DNA of 32,000 nt, from the NCBI RefSeq assembly GCF_001465295.1, contig NZ_CP011035.1:450001-482000 (forward strand), in the 5' to 3' direction. Below, piece by piece: positions 9,285-19,318 of the stretch. The stretch is from Pseudoalteromonas translucida KMM 520 (GTDB taxonomy: Bacteria > Pseudomonadota > Gammaproteobacteria > Enterobacterales > Alteromonadaceae). Position 1 is the stretch's first letter. The number at the start of each line of letters is the position of its first letter. Below the pieces are notes generated by a model, which saw only the letters and a program-made list of their open reading frames with translations, was not told where the DNA came from and did no database searches. Position numbers and translations under genes: made by a program.

Positions 9285-10589
9285 TTAATGTAACTTCATT
9301 TTTGGTCGCACGACGCGCAATATTTTTTCGCTGATCCACAAGGCAATGGTTTTAGCACTGCCGTGAATAGCGCGCTGATGCATGCGATATAATGAAAGAT
9401 ACATAAAGCGAGCAATTTTACCTTCAATAAAAAAGCTATTACTGGTCAGGTTGCCCATTAAATTCCCCACCGTGCTATAGCGCGATAGGTTAACTAACGA
9501 GCCATGATCGTTATATTCAAAGTCATGAAGAGGTTGTTTTTTTAATGTCGCAAGTAAATTTCTTTCAATACATTGCGCCATTTGATGCGCCGATTGCGCG
9601 CGCGGCGGTACTTGTTTGCCATCGGCTTGGGTAAAGGCGCAGCAATCACCTAAAACAAAAATATTGTCATCAACCGTGCTTTGTAAAAATTGGTTTACTT
9701 GTATTTGATTACTGCGAGTGAGCTCAAAAATACCTAAGTCTTTGATAAAGTCAGGTGCTTTTATACCCGCGGCCCATAACATAATATCAGCATTAATCAT
9801 TTCATCTTCTTGGGTAATAAAGCCTTGCTCGGTCGCCTCTTTTACTTGTGTATGTTCACGTACATTAACGCCTAATTTTAATAGTTCGCGTTTTGCACTG
9901 GTCGCTATGCGCTCAGGTAAGGCTGGTAAAATACGGGGACCGGCTTCAATTAAATGAATATGTAAACGATTAGCTGACATATTCGTTAAGCCGTATAGCT
10001 TCAACAACTCAGAGACATGATAGAGCTCAGCTGAAAGCTCTACACCTGTGGCACCGCCGCCAACAATAGCAATATTGAGCGATTGTTGTTGATTATCGTC
10101 TTGGTGTAGGCGAGTAAAGCTGTCGAGTAATGAGTGCTGAAAGCGCTCAGCTTGTTGATTTGAATCTAAAAAGTAGCAATGCTCTTTTATACCTGGGGTA
10201 TTAAAGTCGTTACTTACGCTGCCTACAGCAATAACCAGATGATCATAAGATACACTGCGCTCGGGTAAAATAGAGTGGCCTAACTCGTCATAAAGTGGCG
10301 CGAGGGTAATGGTTTTATTGCTTTGATCAATATTACAGAACGAGCCCAGTTGAAAACGATAATGATGCTTAGCGGCATGCGCCGAGTAGACCACTGCGTC
10401 TAAATCAGGGTCAATAGAGCCGGTTGCTACTTCGTGCAGTAACGGCTTCCAAATATGGGTACGATTTTTATCAATCAGCAGTATATCGGCGTGCTTTTTT
10501 TTGCCTAGCTTGTGGCCTATTTGGGTGGCTAGCTCTAATCCGCCAGCACCACCACCAATAATGACGATTTTAGGTGTACTAATACTCAT
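9285..10589 (-). CDS. ndh: Type II NADH:quinone oxidoreductase (NDH-2)
   Basis: 434 aa, collinear with E. coli Ndh. Matching stretches include KIVIIGGGAGGLELATQIGHKLGKK, WKPLLHEVATGS, IVGGGATGVELSAEL and VLGDC. Confidence 0.95.
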   Translation of the reverse strand: MSISTPKIVIIGGGAGGLELATQIGHKLGKKKHADILLIDKNRTHIWKPLLHEVATGSIDPDLDAVVYSAHAAKHHYRFQLGSFCNIDQSNKTITLAPLYDELGHSILPERSVSYDHLVIAVGSVSNDFNTPGIKEHCYFLDSNQQAERFQHSLLDSFTRLHQDDNQQQSLNIAIVGGGATGVELSAELYHVSELLKLYGLTNMSANRLHIHLIEAGPRILPALPERIATSAKRELLKLGVNVREHTQVKEATEQGFITQEDEMINADIMLWAAGIKAPDFIKDLGIFELTRSNQIQVNQFLQSTVDDNIFVLGDCCAFTQADGKQVPPRAQSAHQMAQCIERNLLATLKKQPLHDFEYNDHGSLVNLSRYSTVGNLMGNLTSNSFFIEGKIARFMYLSLYRMHQRAIHGSAKTIALWISEKILRVVRPKMKLH

Positions 10590-10722
10590 AATGTTGTCCT
10601 AAAAAATAATTTAAAATAACCTAAAGTCTATAACTTATTCATGAGAAAACGGCCTGAAAGCCAGAATGGCTAACAGACCGTTGTCATTATAATGTAAGAT
10701 CAACTGGATCTAGTATTATAAA

Positions 10723-11106
10723 TTACGCTGCTTTAAAGCAGTAAACAGCAAGTTTGTTACCGTCTAAGTCACGTGTGTAAGCTGCATAGGCATGAGGAGC
10801 CCAATCGCGAGTACCCGGTGCGCCTTCATCAGGACAACCAGCCGCTAAAGCTGCTGCGTGAAAGGCATCGATAGCCGCTCGGCTTGGTGCTTCAAAGCTA
10901 ACCATAGTGCCGTTACCCACAGTTGCAGGTTGGCCGTTGGCAGGTTTTAGGACAAAGAAAGAAGGTGCGTCTACGCCCCAAATTGAACCATTGTCATTTA
11001 AATCGGCAATGCGCTTAAGACCAATGATGCTTAAAACGTTGTCGTAGAAGGCGCGAGCTTTGTTTAGGTCGTTAGTGCCAAGTGTTGTATGTGTATATAT
11101 GCTCAT
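10723..11106 (-). CDS. VOC family protein, copy B
   Basis: 127 aa from the ATG at 11106 (MSIYTH...). It differs from copy A at 5 residues. The 14-codon upstream extension in the ORF track is unlikely because copy A starts at the equivalent ATG. Confidence 0.85.
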   Translation of the reverse strand: MSIYTHTTLGTNDLNKARAFYDNVLSIIGLKRIADLNDNGSIWGVDAPSFFVLKPANGQPATVGNGTMVSFEAPSRAAIDAFHAAALAAGCPDEGAPGTRDWAPHAYAAYTRDLDGNKLAVYCFKAA

Positions 11107-11543
11107 TTGATTGCTCCGTATATAAAAGTAAAAAGTTAATGGTTTCATATCGAGTATAGCTGATAAACTTTGTTTAAATGGCTACGGTTCGTTTCGATGG
11201 AGGTATGATATACCTTTTCTGGTAAGTTATAATCCCACCAAATGTAAAATTACTTTTACTGTGCTGTAACAGTTGTATGCAAAGTTAGCTAGGTAGATAG
11301 TATTTGGCTGATCATCCGCAGATAGACTAGGTTAAGCCTTAGCTAATATATACAAACGTGGCGGAGCTAAGTTGCCGATTGTGGTGTCCACACGTTTAGT
11401 TGCAGATAATTATGTTTGACTATTTATAGCCATAGCCTATCGCTAAACGGCTGTAAAAAATTATCTCGTCTTGATGTTATAGATGATGCCGTGCATTAAA
11501 ACGGACTGACTCAGTTAATTGTGCTGGCTCGAAATAAATAACA

Positions 11544-12410
11544 TCAAACCAGCTGCTCAGCCAAATAGTCTACCAATAACCTTATTCTCGGTGATAAATG
11601 ACGATTTTGTGGATAGACCGCCCATATACCTTCATCAGGAGCTCGGTAATTGTCTAATAAAGCCACTAGTTTACCGCTTTGTAGATGCTCCTCAATATAA
11701 TAATCGGGTAATTGTACTATGCCTAAGCCTTTCAAGGCTGCATCGGTCAAACAATGGCCATTGTTATAGCGTAGGCGACCTTTTACGCGGATACTTTTTT
11801 CTTTGCCTAATTCGCTAAAGTGCCAATAATCAGGTGTGCCTAATAAACAGCTATGTTTACTAAGCTCAGATATAGAGTGGGGGATGCCATGGGTGTCGAG
11901 ATATTGAGGAGATGCGCAAACATAGTTGCTGCGTGTGCCTAATTTTTTTGCCATCATTGACGAGTCACTTAACTTGCCTAAGCGAATAGCTAAATCATAA
12001 CCGTCTTCTGATAAATCGATTTGTCGGTTGCTTAAATAAGCCGACACTTCCACATCGCTATGGCGCTTTATAAAGTTATTCACCAGTGGCAATATGCGTT
12101 GCTCGCCATAGGTTACCGGAGCGGTTAATTTAATTTTACCTTGCGGCTTTGACTGTAAATTAGTTATTGCACGCTCTGCCGCATCTAAGCCGTCGAGCAC
12201 GCTGCGACAATGTTGATAAAAAACCCGTCCTTCTTCCGTTAAAGAGACTTTGCGCGTGGTACGGTAAAATAACTTTATATTAAGGCGTTTTTCTAAAGCA
12301 CTGATTTGGCGGCTAACTTGCGCGGTTGATATTTCCATTTTCTTTGCTGCCAATGTAAAACTTTCCTTCTCGGCGACATAAACAAATTCGCTAATACCTT
12401 CCCATTGTAT
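11544..12410 (-). CDS. LysR-family transcriptional regulator with no canonical start codon for its full wHTH
   Basis: LysR wHTH and substrate-binding domains are present. The frame is open upstream to a TAG at 12420-12422 and encodes (I)QWEGISEFVYVAEKESFTLAAKKMEISTAQVSRQISALEKRL, the typical LysR N-terminus. The only ATG/GTG/TTG there is the TTG at 12353, which would remove the first helix. ATA occupies the expected Met position (12408-12410). Confidence 0.8.
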   Translation of the reverse strand: MQWEGISEFVYVAEKESFTLAAKKMEISTAQVSRQISALEKRLNIKLFYRTTRKVSLTEEGRVFYQHCRSVLDGLDAAERAITNLQSKPQGKIKLTAPVTYGEQRILPLVNNFIKRHSDVEVSAYLSNRQIDLSEDGYDLAIRLGKLSDSSMMAKKLGTRSNYVCASPQYLDTHGIPHSISELSKHSCLLGTPDYWHFSELGKEKSIRVKGRLRYNNGHCLTDAALKGLGIVQLPDYYIEEHLQSGKLVALLDNYRAPDEGIWAVYPQNRHLSPRIRLLVDYLAEQLV

Positions 12411-12619
12411 GATTGTTACCTACATGTACAAGTGATTTTACAAATTATCATCATATAGGAAATAAATAGTATAACTACATCAAAACAAGTTTGTCGTGAC
12501 TTACTTAAGCAAAGGCTAACCCTAGGAAAAACATAAATAAAGCCTAAGTAAGTATAAGCAAAGTTAAATAATTTAACCGTATTGCTAGTGCGGTACCTAA
12601 AATTTAAGAGGACGAAGCG

Positions 12620-12946
12620 ATGAGTTGGATATAGCTTTTGTTAGGGGGTATTGCTGAAGCAATGTCTCATGTGGTCTTAAAAGCAACCGATGATTTTACC
12701 AAGCCAGGTGTCAGTGCGCTAGTCCTATCAGGGCACTTAGCCGCATTTATGTTTTTAGGACAAGCGATGAAGGGGATGCCCATTGGCATTGTGCATGCGT
12801 TATGGGCAGGGCTTGCGATTATAACCGTGACATTATTATCTACCGTTATTTACCGTCAGCATCTAGACTTAACAATATGGCTTGGAATGGCATTAGTCGC
12901 AATTGGCATTGCCATGATTAATATTTCTCAAGGGCACAGTCATTAA
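12620..12946 (+). pseudogene. SMR-family (EmrE/SugE-like) small multidrug transporter with an in-frame amber at codon 5
   Basis: A strong SD (AAGAGGA, 12606-12612) lies 7 nt before the ATG at 12620. The frame reads ATG AGT TGG ATA TAG = MSWI*, then continues in the same frame as LLLGGIAEAM... with four SMR TM segments and the conserved TM1 Glu. The listed ORF restarts at TTG 12638. Confidence 0.8.
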
Positions 12947-13019
12947 GAGCAACGAATTTGTTTCTCTCGCTAGTTATTAAGCGTGTAAAAAGGCTTGTAA
13001 AGAAGCGTAAGTAAGCGTT

Positions 13020-13051
13020 ATAGGTAATAATGTTGCTTTATTATTACCTAT
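13020..13051. promoter_or_regulatory. Perfect 12-bp inverted repeat (candidate operator, or an AT-rich hairpin)
   Basis: ATAGGTAATAAT (13020-13031) and ATTATTACCTAT (13040-13051) are separated by an 8-bp spacer. The site lies between the SMR gene and frmA. Confidence 0.35.
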
Positions 13052-13164
13052 TAGTAAGAGTAAGTTGCATTTAAGGAGTATTACTATCATTAGGTAAGAA
13101 GAGTAGACTAGCTTCATAGTGTAAGTTGGTCTTTGTAAGAAACGATTGAAATATCAACAATTAA

Positions 13165-14310
<1,146 letters not shown>

Positions 14311-14361
14311 GCGTTTTTTTGAACAGTAAGATGCATTTAGTTAAGTAATCATTAACTAATC

Positions 14362-14386
14362 AAAAGCTCTCTTAAGAGAGCTTTTT
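14362..14386. terminator. Perfect palindromic hairpin between frmA and frmB
   Basis: The sequence is AAAAGCTCTCTT|AAGAGAGCTTTT followed by T. It lies 52 nt after the frmA stop and 22 nt before the frmB start. Confidence 0.65.
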
Positions 14387-14407
14387 CTATCCTTTTGAGG
14401 CTTTACC

Positions 14408-15247
14408 ATGACAATAGAGAATATCAGTGTAAACAAAAGCTTTGGTGGTTGGCACAAGCAATATAGCCATCAATCGAAAACATTAAATTGCGCGATGCGC
14501 TTTGCTATTTACTTGCCACCGCAAGCCTCAAATGGCGAAAAAGTACCGGTATTGTATTGGCTTTCGGGCTTAACATGTACCGATGAAAACTTTATGCAAA
14601 AAGCCGGCGCACAGCGCATGGCTGCCGAATTAGGTATTGCTATTGTGGCACCCGATACTAGCCCTCGTGGTGAAGGGGTTGCTAATGATGAAGGTTATGA
14701 TTTGGGCATGGGCGCGGGCTTTTATGTTAATGCCACTCAAGCACCTTGGAATCGTCATTACCAGATGTACGACTACGTAGTGAATGAATTACCGGCCATT
14801 ATTGAAGCTTCATTTCCGGTATCAAATAAACGTGCTATTAGTGGCCATTCAATGGGCGGACACGGCGCATTAACTATTGCCATGTTAAACCCAGAACGTT
14901 ATAGCTCAATGTCGGCGTTTAGCCCGATTTGTAATCCTGTAAAAGCGCCTTGGGGCAAAAAAGCTTTTACTGCTTATTTGGGCAAAGACAAAGCAACGTG
15001 GCGCAACCATGATGCGAGTGAATTAATGCGCAAAGCAACGCAGTTTATTCCCGCTAAAGTTGACCAAGGTGGCGCGGATGACTTCCTTAGCGAGCAGCTA
15101 AAGCCTGAAGCATTAGAAGCCGCAGCAAAAGTTAATGGTTACCCGTTAGCGTTGGCTGTTCACGAAGGTTATGATCACAGTTACTACTTTATCTCATCAT
15201 TTATTGAAGAACATTTACGGTTTCATGCGCAGCACTTAAGTCAATAG
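14408..15247 (+). CDS. frmB: S-formylglutathione hydrolase (esterase D family)
   Basis: 279 aa. Features include an FGGW..YSHQS N-terminus, the nucleophile elbow GHSMGGHGAL and a C-terminal GYDHSYYFI signature. Confidence 0.95.
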   Translation: MTIENISVNKSFGGWHKQYSHQSKTLNCAMRFAIYLPPQASNGEKVPVLYWLSGLTCTDENFMQKAGAQRMAAELGIAIVAPDTSPRGEGVANDEGYDLGMGAGFYVNATQAPWNRHYQMYDYVVNELPAIIEASFPVSNKRAISGHSMGGHGALTIAMLNPERYSSMSAFSPICNPVKAPWGKKAFTAYLGKDKATWRNHDASELMRKATQFIPAKVDQGGADDFLSEQLKPEALEAAAKVNGYPLALAVHEGYDHSYYFISSFIEEHLRFHAQHLSQ

Positions 15248-15294
15248 CGCTAGATCCAACTGTCTAGATTGATTTATTTTAAAGGAAAGCCTGC

Positions 15295-16897
15295 TTGTCC
15301 GATTTATTACAAACTCGTTTGCAACACCTCAAATCACCTAATGGCTTAGCACTTTTAAGCCAGGTTCAACGGGGAATTGAAAAAGAAGGCCTAAGAGTTA
15401 CACCAAAAGCTTTGATAGCACAAACCGGCCACCCGGAGGCTCTTGGGTCCACATTAACGCACAAGAGTATTACGACAGATTACTCGGAAGCGTTGCTGGA
15501 ATTTATCACGCCTGTGTGTCAGCAAGTTGATGACACTATCGACTACTTGAGTGATTTGCATCATTTTACCTTGCGCCACATGCCGGATGAATACCTTTGG
15601 CCTGCCAGTATGCCCTGTCGCCTAGAGGGAGAAGCGAGCATACCCATTGCCCAATATGGCAGCGCTAATATCGGTCAAATGAAGCATGTTTACCGCCAAG
15701 GCTTATCGTATCGTTATGGCAGGACAATGCAAGCGATAGCGGGCATACATTATAACTTTTCAATGCCTGATAACTTTTGGCCTTATTGCCAGCAAGTTTG
15801 GGGTGAACAAGGTGATGTACAAGCGTTTAAATCGCAGCGCTATTTTGACTTGATCCGTAATTTTCGTCGTCATTCGTGGTTATTAGTCTATTTATTTGGC
15901 GCCTCGCCGGCTTTGGACAATAGCTTTATGGGCGATAAAAAGACCGATAAGTTAGACACATTCAGCAACAACACCCTTGGCTTACCGTTTGCCACTTCGC
16001 TTCGAATGAGTGACTTAGGCTACCAAAGCGAAGCGCAAGCAAATTTAAATGTTAGCTATAACAATTTAGATAATTATGTCGACGATGTTACCAAAGCAAT
16101 TGCTCAGGGTTACCCTGCTTATGAAAAAATTGGCATTAATGTTGACGGCAGCTATCGTCAACTTAATAGCAATGTGCTGCAAATTGAAAATGAATATTAC
16201 AGCGAAATTCGCCCTAAGCGCGTAACACAGTCAGGCGAACAACCGATAGTGGCACTTAAAGAACGGGGCGTTGAATACATTGAAGTCCGTATTCTTGATA
16301 CTAATCCATTTTTGCCAGTGGGTATTGATGCGCAACAGATCCGCTTTCTCGATGTGTTTTTGTTGTATTGCCTTTTGTCTGAAAGTGCAGCATTGAGCGT
16401 TACGGAATCGGATGAAATTAAAGCGAACCAGCAGCGTGTTGTTCGTGAAGGGCGAAATCCTAAATTAATGCTGACGAAAAACGGCCAACCTGTTGCATTT
16501 AAAAAGGCCGCGAACGGGTTATTGACACAGTTGCAGCCAATAGCGGATTTACTCGATAAAGCCCATGAGGGGCAATCTACTGATGCGATAAACGATAAAC
16601 GATAAAAGCCAAACGCACAGCCAAGCCCTAATTGAGCAAATAGCTAAGGTCGGAAATAGCGAATTAACACCGTCAGCTATGATGATGGCCGCGGGTGAAA
16701 ATGGTGATGAATTTATCGACTTAATGCTAGCACAAGCCAAGCTACATCAAACTTATTTCAGTGAACGTGGTTTATCTAGCGCAATGGAAGCACAGTTGCA
16801 GCGAGAGACGATTGAGTCCATACAACAGCAGAAATTACTTGAAGCGAGTGATGTTATTTCATTCGAGCAATTTCTTGCTCAGCAAAATGCTAGATAA
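15295..16897 (+). pseudogene. gshA: Glutamate-cysteine ligase split by a +7 frameshift
   Basis: It uses a TTG start with an AAAGGAAAG SD, as in E. coli gshA. The N-terminal 436 codons (QRGIEKEGLRV...) stop at 16603-16605. The C-terminal ~100 codons continue in the +1 frame to 16897. The tandem GATAAAC GATAAAC GATAAAA lies at 16587-16607. Removing one 7-bp unit gives a single 531-codon ORF. Confidence 0.9.
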
Positions 16898-17037
16898 ATG
16901 CTTAAACTGATAACTAAGATTGGTATGCCGTGTTCGTTAAAAATACTGTTCTACTAATGGAGTGTTCGCTTAGTAAGCGCACAGACGCTTGATCTCTCCC
17001 TAATAAAGCTAAATCTAATGTTAAACCGGAGGCAGTC

Positions 17038-17964
17038 ATGATTGTTCGAGATAAACCTAATGCGTTTAAACTGTTGTTTATTTTACGTGGCTCCGTTGTG
17101 CCACTTATATTTGGGCAAATCGCCTTTTTTACCCTGTTAGGTGCTGCGGTTGCTGCTGCGCAATACTACTATCCGGTTATATTTCCGACTTTTACCTTAT
17201 CGCCATTAGCGCTATTAGGTGTGGCCTTATCGTTATTTCTGGGTTTTAGAAACAATGCTAGCTATGAGCGTTGGTGGGAAGCACGCAAGCAATGGGGCCA
17301 ATTGGTTATCGACGCGCGCAGCTTATCCCGCCAGGTGACGTCATATGTAGATGAAAGTGCCAAAGGTGGTGCTGAATTACAGCAACGGATGATTTATCTG
17401 ACGATCGCGTTTAGCCATGCCTTAAGACATCACTTACGACAATCAGATCCGTGGAGTGATATTGAAAAATATCTTAATCCTGAGGATATAGCCGCGCTGC
17501 GTAAATCACAGAATTTACCTGACGCACTGCTGCGCTTAATGGGAAAAAAACTCGGTACTTGTCGTCATAAAAACCTATTATCTGACTTTTTAATCCAAAC
17601 TATCGACGATAATATTACTTCAATGGCTACCGTGCAAGCGGGCTGTGAGCGCATTCAAAGTACGCCGCTACCGTTTGCTTATATGCTACTGGTGCAACGT
17701 ACCGCCTACCTCTATTGTTTAATATTGCCGTTTGGTATTGTTGGCTCAATAGGGCTGATCACCCCGTTGTTTTGCGCCATAATCACCTATACATTTTTTG
17801 GTTTAGATGCGTTAAGCGAAGAGTTAGAAGAACCCTTTGGTCTTTCCGCTAACGACTTACCGTTAAGTTCGATATCCCGAGGTATTGAAATTAATTTGTT
17901 AGAGATTTTAGGTGTAACAGAGTTACCAGCACCTATTCAACCTATAAAGCACCGACTTATTTAA
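17038..17964 (+). CDS. yneE: Bestrophin-family anion channel homologue (YneE/UPF0187)
   Basis: 308 aa, collinear with E. coli YneE. Matching stretches include LGFRNNASYERWWEARK, GCERIQSTPLPFAY and LEEPFG...NDLPL. Confidence 0.9.
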   Translation: MIVRDKPNAFKLLFILRGSVVPLIFGQIAFFTLLGAAVAAAQYYYPVIFPTFTLSPLALLGVALSLFLGFRNNASYERWWEARKQWGQLVIDARSLSRQVTSYVDESAKGGAELQQRMIYLTIAFSHALRHHLRQSDPWSDIEKYLNPEDIAALRKSQNLPDALLRLMGKKLGTCRHKNLLSDFLIQTIDDNITSMATVQAGCERIQSTPLPFAYMLLVQRTAYLYCLILPFGIVGSIGLITPLFCAIITYTFFGLDALSEELEEPFGLSANDLPLSSISRGIEINLLEILGVTELPAPIQPIKHRLI

Positions 17965-18005
17965 CTGATTGTTTAACTGATAAATAACTATTTAAGGAAT
18001 TTAAA

Positions 18006-18530
18006 ATGAAAGAAACATTTAATATATTTCGATTTATTAGCTGGATAGCCATTATCTGTTCGCTATTAGGGTCAGTTTTATTATTTATCGTTGGGGCTAT
18101 GAAGACTTATTCAGCCTATACTACTGTATTGTTTAGTGAAATAGCCAGTGAGAGTTTATCTCACCTTGACACTTCAGAGGTCGCAACGACTTATTTGATT
18201 AAAGCATTAGATACTTTTCTTATTGCGCTTGTATTGTTTATTTTCGCTCATGGCGTATTCACTTTATTTATTTGTGATAAGAAACTTGCAAAGAAAAGCT
18301 CTGTTCTCAAATGGATAAGCACACCAAACATTGGTCGTCTAAAGAGTATATTGGGTGAAGTCATTGTTATTATCTTGTTTGTGAAGTTTCTTGAAATTAT
18401 TTTGGTTAACTTAAATAACCTTAAGTGGGAAATACTAATACTCCCCATCTCTATTCTTTTGCTTGCTCTAAGTTTAAAGCTTCTAAGTTTAGGGCGTGAA
18501 GAAAAAAAAGATGAAATTGATAGTGATTAA
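18006..18530 (+). CDS. YqhA/UPF0114-family small membrane protein (tentative)
   Basis: 174 aa with four predicted TM segments. Spacing and local motifs (..LIKALDTFLIALVLF.., LKWIS....LKS) resemble E. coli YqhA. The gene is AT-rich. Confidence 0.5.
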   Translation: MKETFNIFRFISWIAIICSLLGSVLLFIVGAMKTYSAYTTVLFSEIASESLSHLDTSEVATTYLIKALDTFLIALVLFIFAHGVFTLFICDKKLAKKSSVLKWISTPNIGRLKSILGEVIVIILFVKFLEIILVNLNNLKWEILILPISILLLALSLKLLSLGREEKKDEIDSD

Positions 18531-18690
18531 ACATATACACATGGGTGTTTCTTAACCAATTAGTGATTAGATGAAAAAATTTAGGGTGAAATTGTCATAA
18601 AATTATAGTGTTAGGATTATAGGAAATAGGATTTGTTGGTAGATTTAACTATAAAAAATTCAGTTTTATCTTAATAATAAGGGCTAGCAC

Positions 18691-18924
18691 ATGACAAAAA
18701 ACACATTTATTTTACATTCAAACTATGCACCTTCTGGTGACCAACCAGAAGCCATAGCAAAACTTATTGCGGGTATAAATAACGGTGTGACCCACCAGAC
18801 CTTAAAAGGTGTTACTGGCTCTGGTAAAACGTTTACTATGGCAAATGTAATTCATCGCTTAAAACGCCCAACCTTAATCTTGGCACACAATAAAACCTTG
18901 GCAGCTCAGTTATACAGTGAGATG
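18691..18924 (+). pseudogene. uvrB: uvrB 5' fragment: first 78 codons only
   Basis: [11 protein letters not shown]......[39 protein letters not shown] matches the UvrB N-terminus, including the Walker A motif. Similarity stops at about codon 78 (18924). The ORF then reads through unrelated sequence into a REP element, and none of the remaining ~590 codons is present in the window. Confidence 0.85.
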
Positions 18925-18993
18925 AATGTAGAAGATCCAAGTAGTTCAATTAATGCCATTAGCTCCATACTTATCAATATTTCTGGCCCAGCG

Positions 18994-19090
18994 TGTAGGT
19001 CGGATAAGCGAAGCGCCATCCGGCACAGTAAAATACCTTGCCAATTATTATTATCAGCATTTTATGTTATCGAATAGCTTGAAAGTGCCA
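18994..19090 (+). repeat. ~95-bp composite repeat, copy 2
   Basis: TGTAGGTCGGATAAGCGAAGCGCCATCCGGCAC plus tail, matching 6133-6226. Confidence 0.8.
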
Positions 19091-19122
19091 TAAGCAGACC
19101 TTCAAGGCGTGAATCTGAAACT

Positions 19123-19212
19123 TTGTTGGGTGGCGCCTTCGGCTTAACCAACCTACCTTTTGACGTTACTGTACGGGGTAGATCGGATAATTGGCGAAGT
19201 CACACCAACCGA
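19123..19212. repeat. Further REP-like units
   Basis: TTGTTGGGTGGCGCCTTCGGCTTAACCAACCTAC (19123-19156) is the inverted counterpart of 6039-6072. A degenerate GTAGATCGGATAATTGGCGAAGTCACACCAACCGAC follows at ~19177-19212. Confidence 0.55.
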
Positions 19213-19318
19213 CAAAAATGATGAATTTACTAGAAACAGCCCGACTTACCGCGTTATTTAGCTTCACAAGGTTTAGTGTCATTGAGAGATATTTGGATCA
19301 ATATTCATTACGGGAGAT

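Noticed and set aside
16549-16740. Minus-strand ORF across the gshA frameshift site
   Set aside because: It is antisense to both GshA segments. The GshA frames explain the region fully once the 7-bp duplication is recognised.
18640-18665. Possible LexA/SOS box upstream of the uvrB stub (CTATAAAAAATTCAGT)
   Set aside because: It superficially resembles the T-rich E. coli uvrB box. However, it reads CTAT-N8-CAGT rather than CTGT-N8-ACAG, and both half-sites deviate at critical positions. This is not enough to call.
18925-19077. C-terminal 50 residues of ORF 18691..19077
   Set aside because: After UvrB similarity ends, the frame simply runs through unrelated DNA and the REP repeat. This is not a genuine fusion domain.
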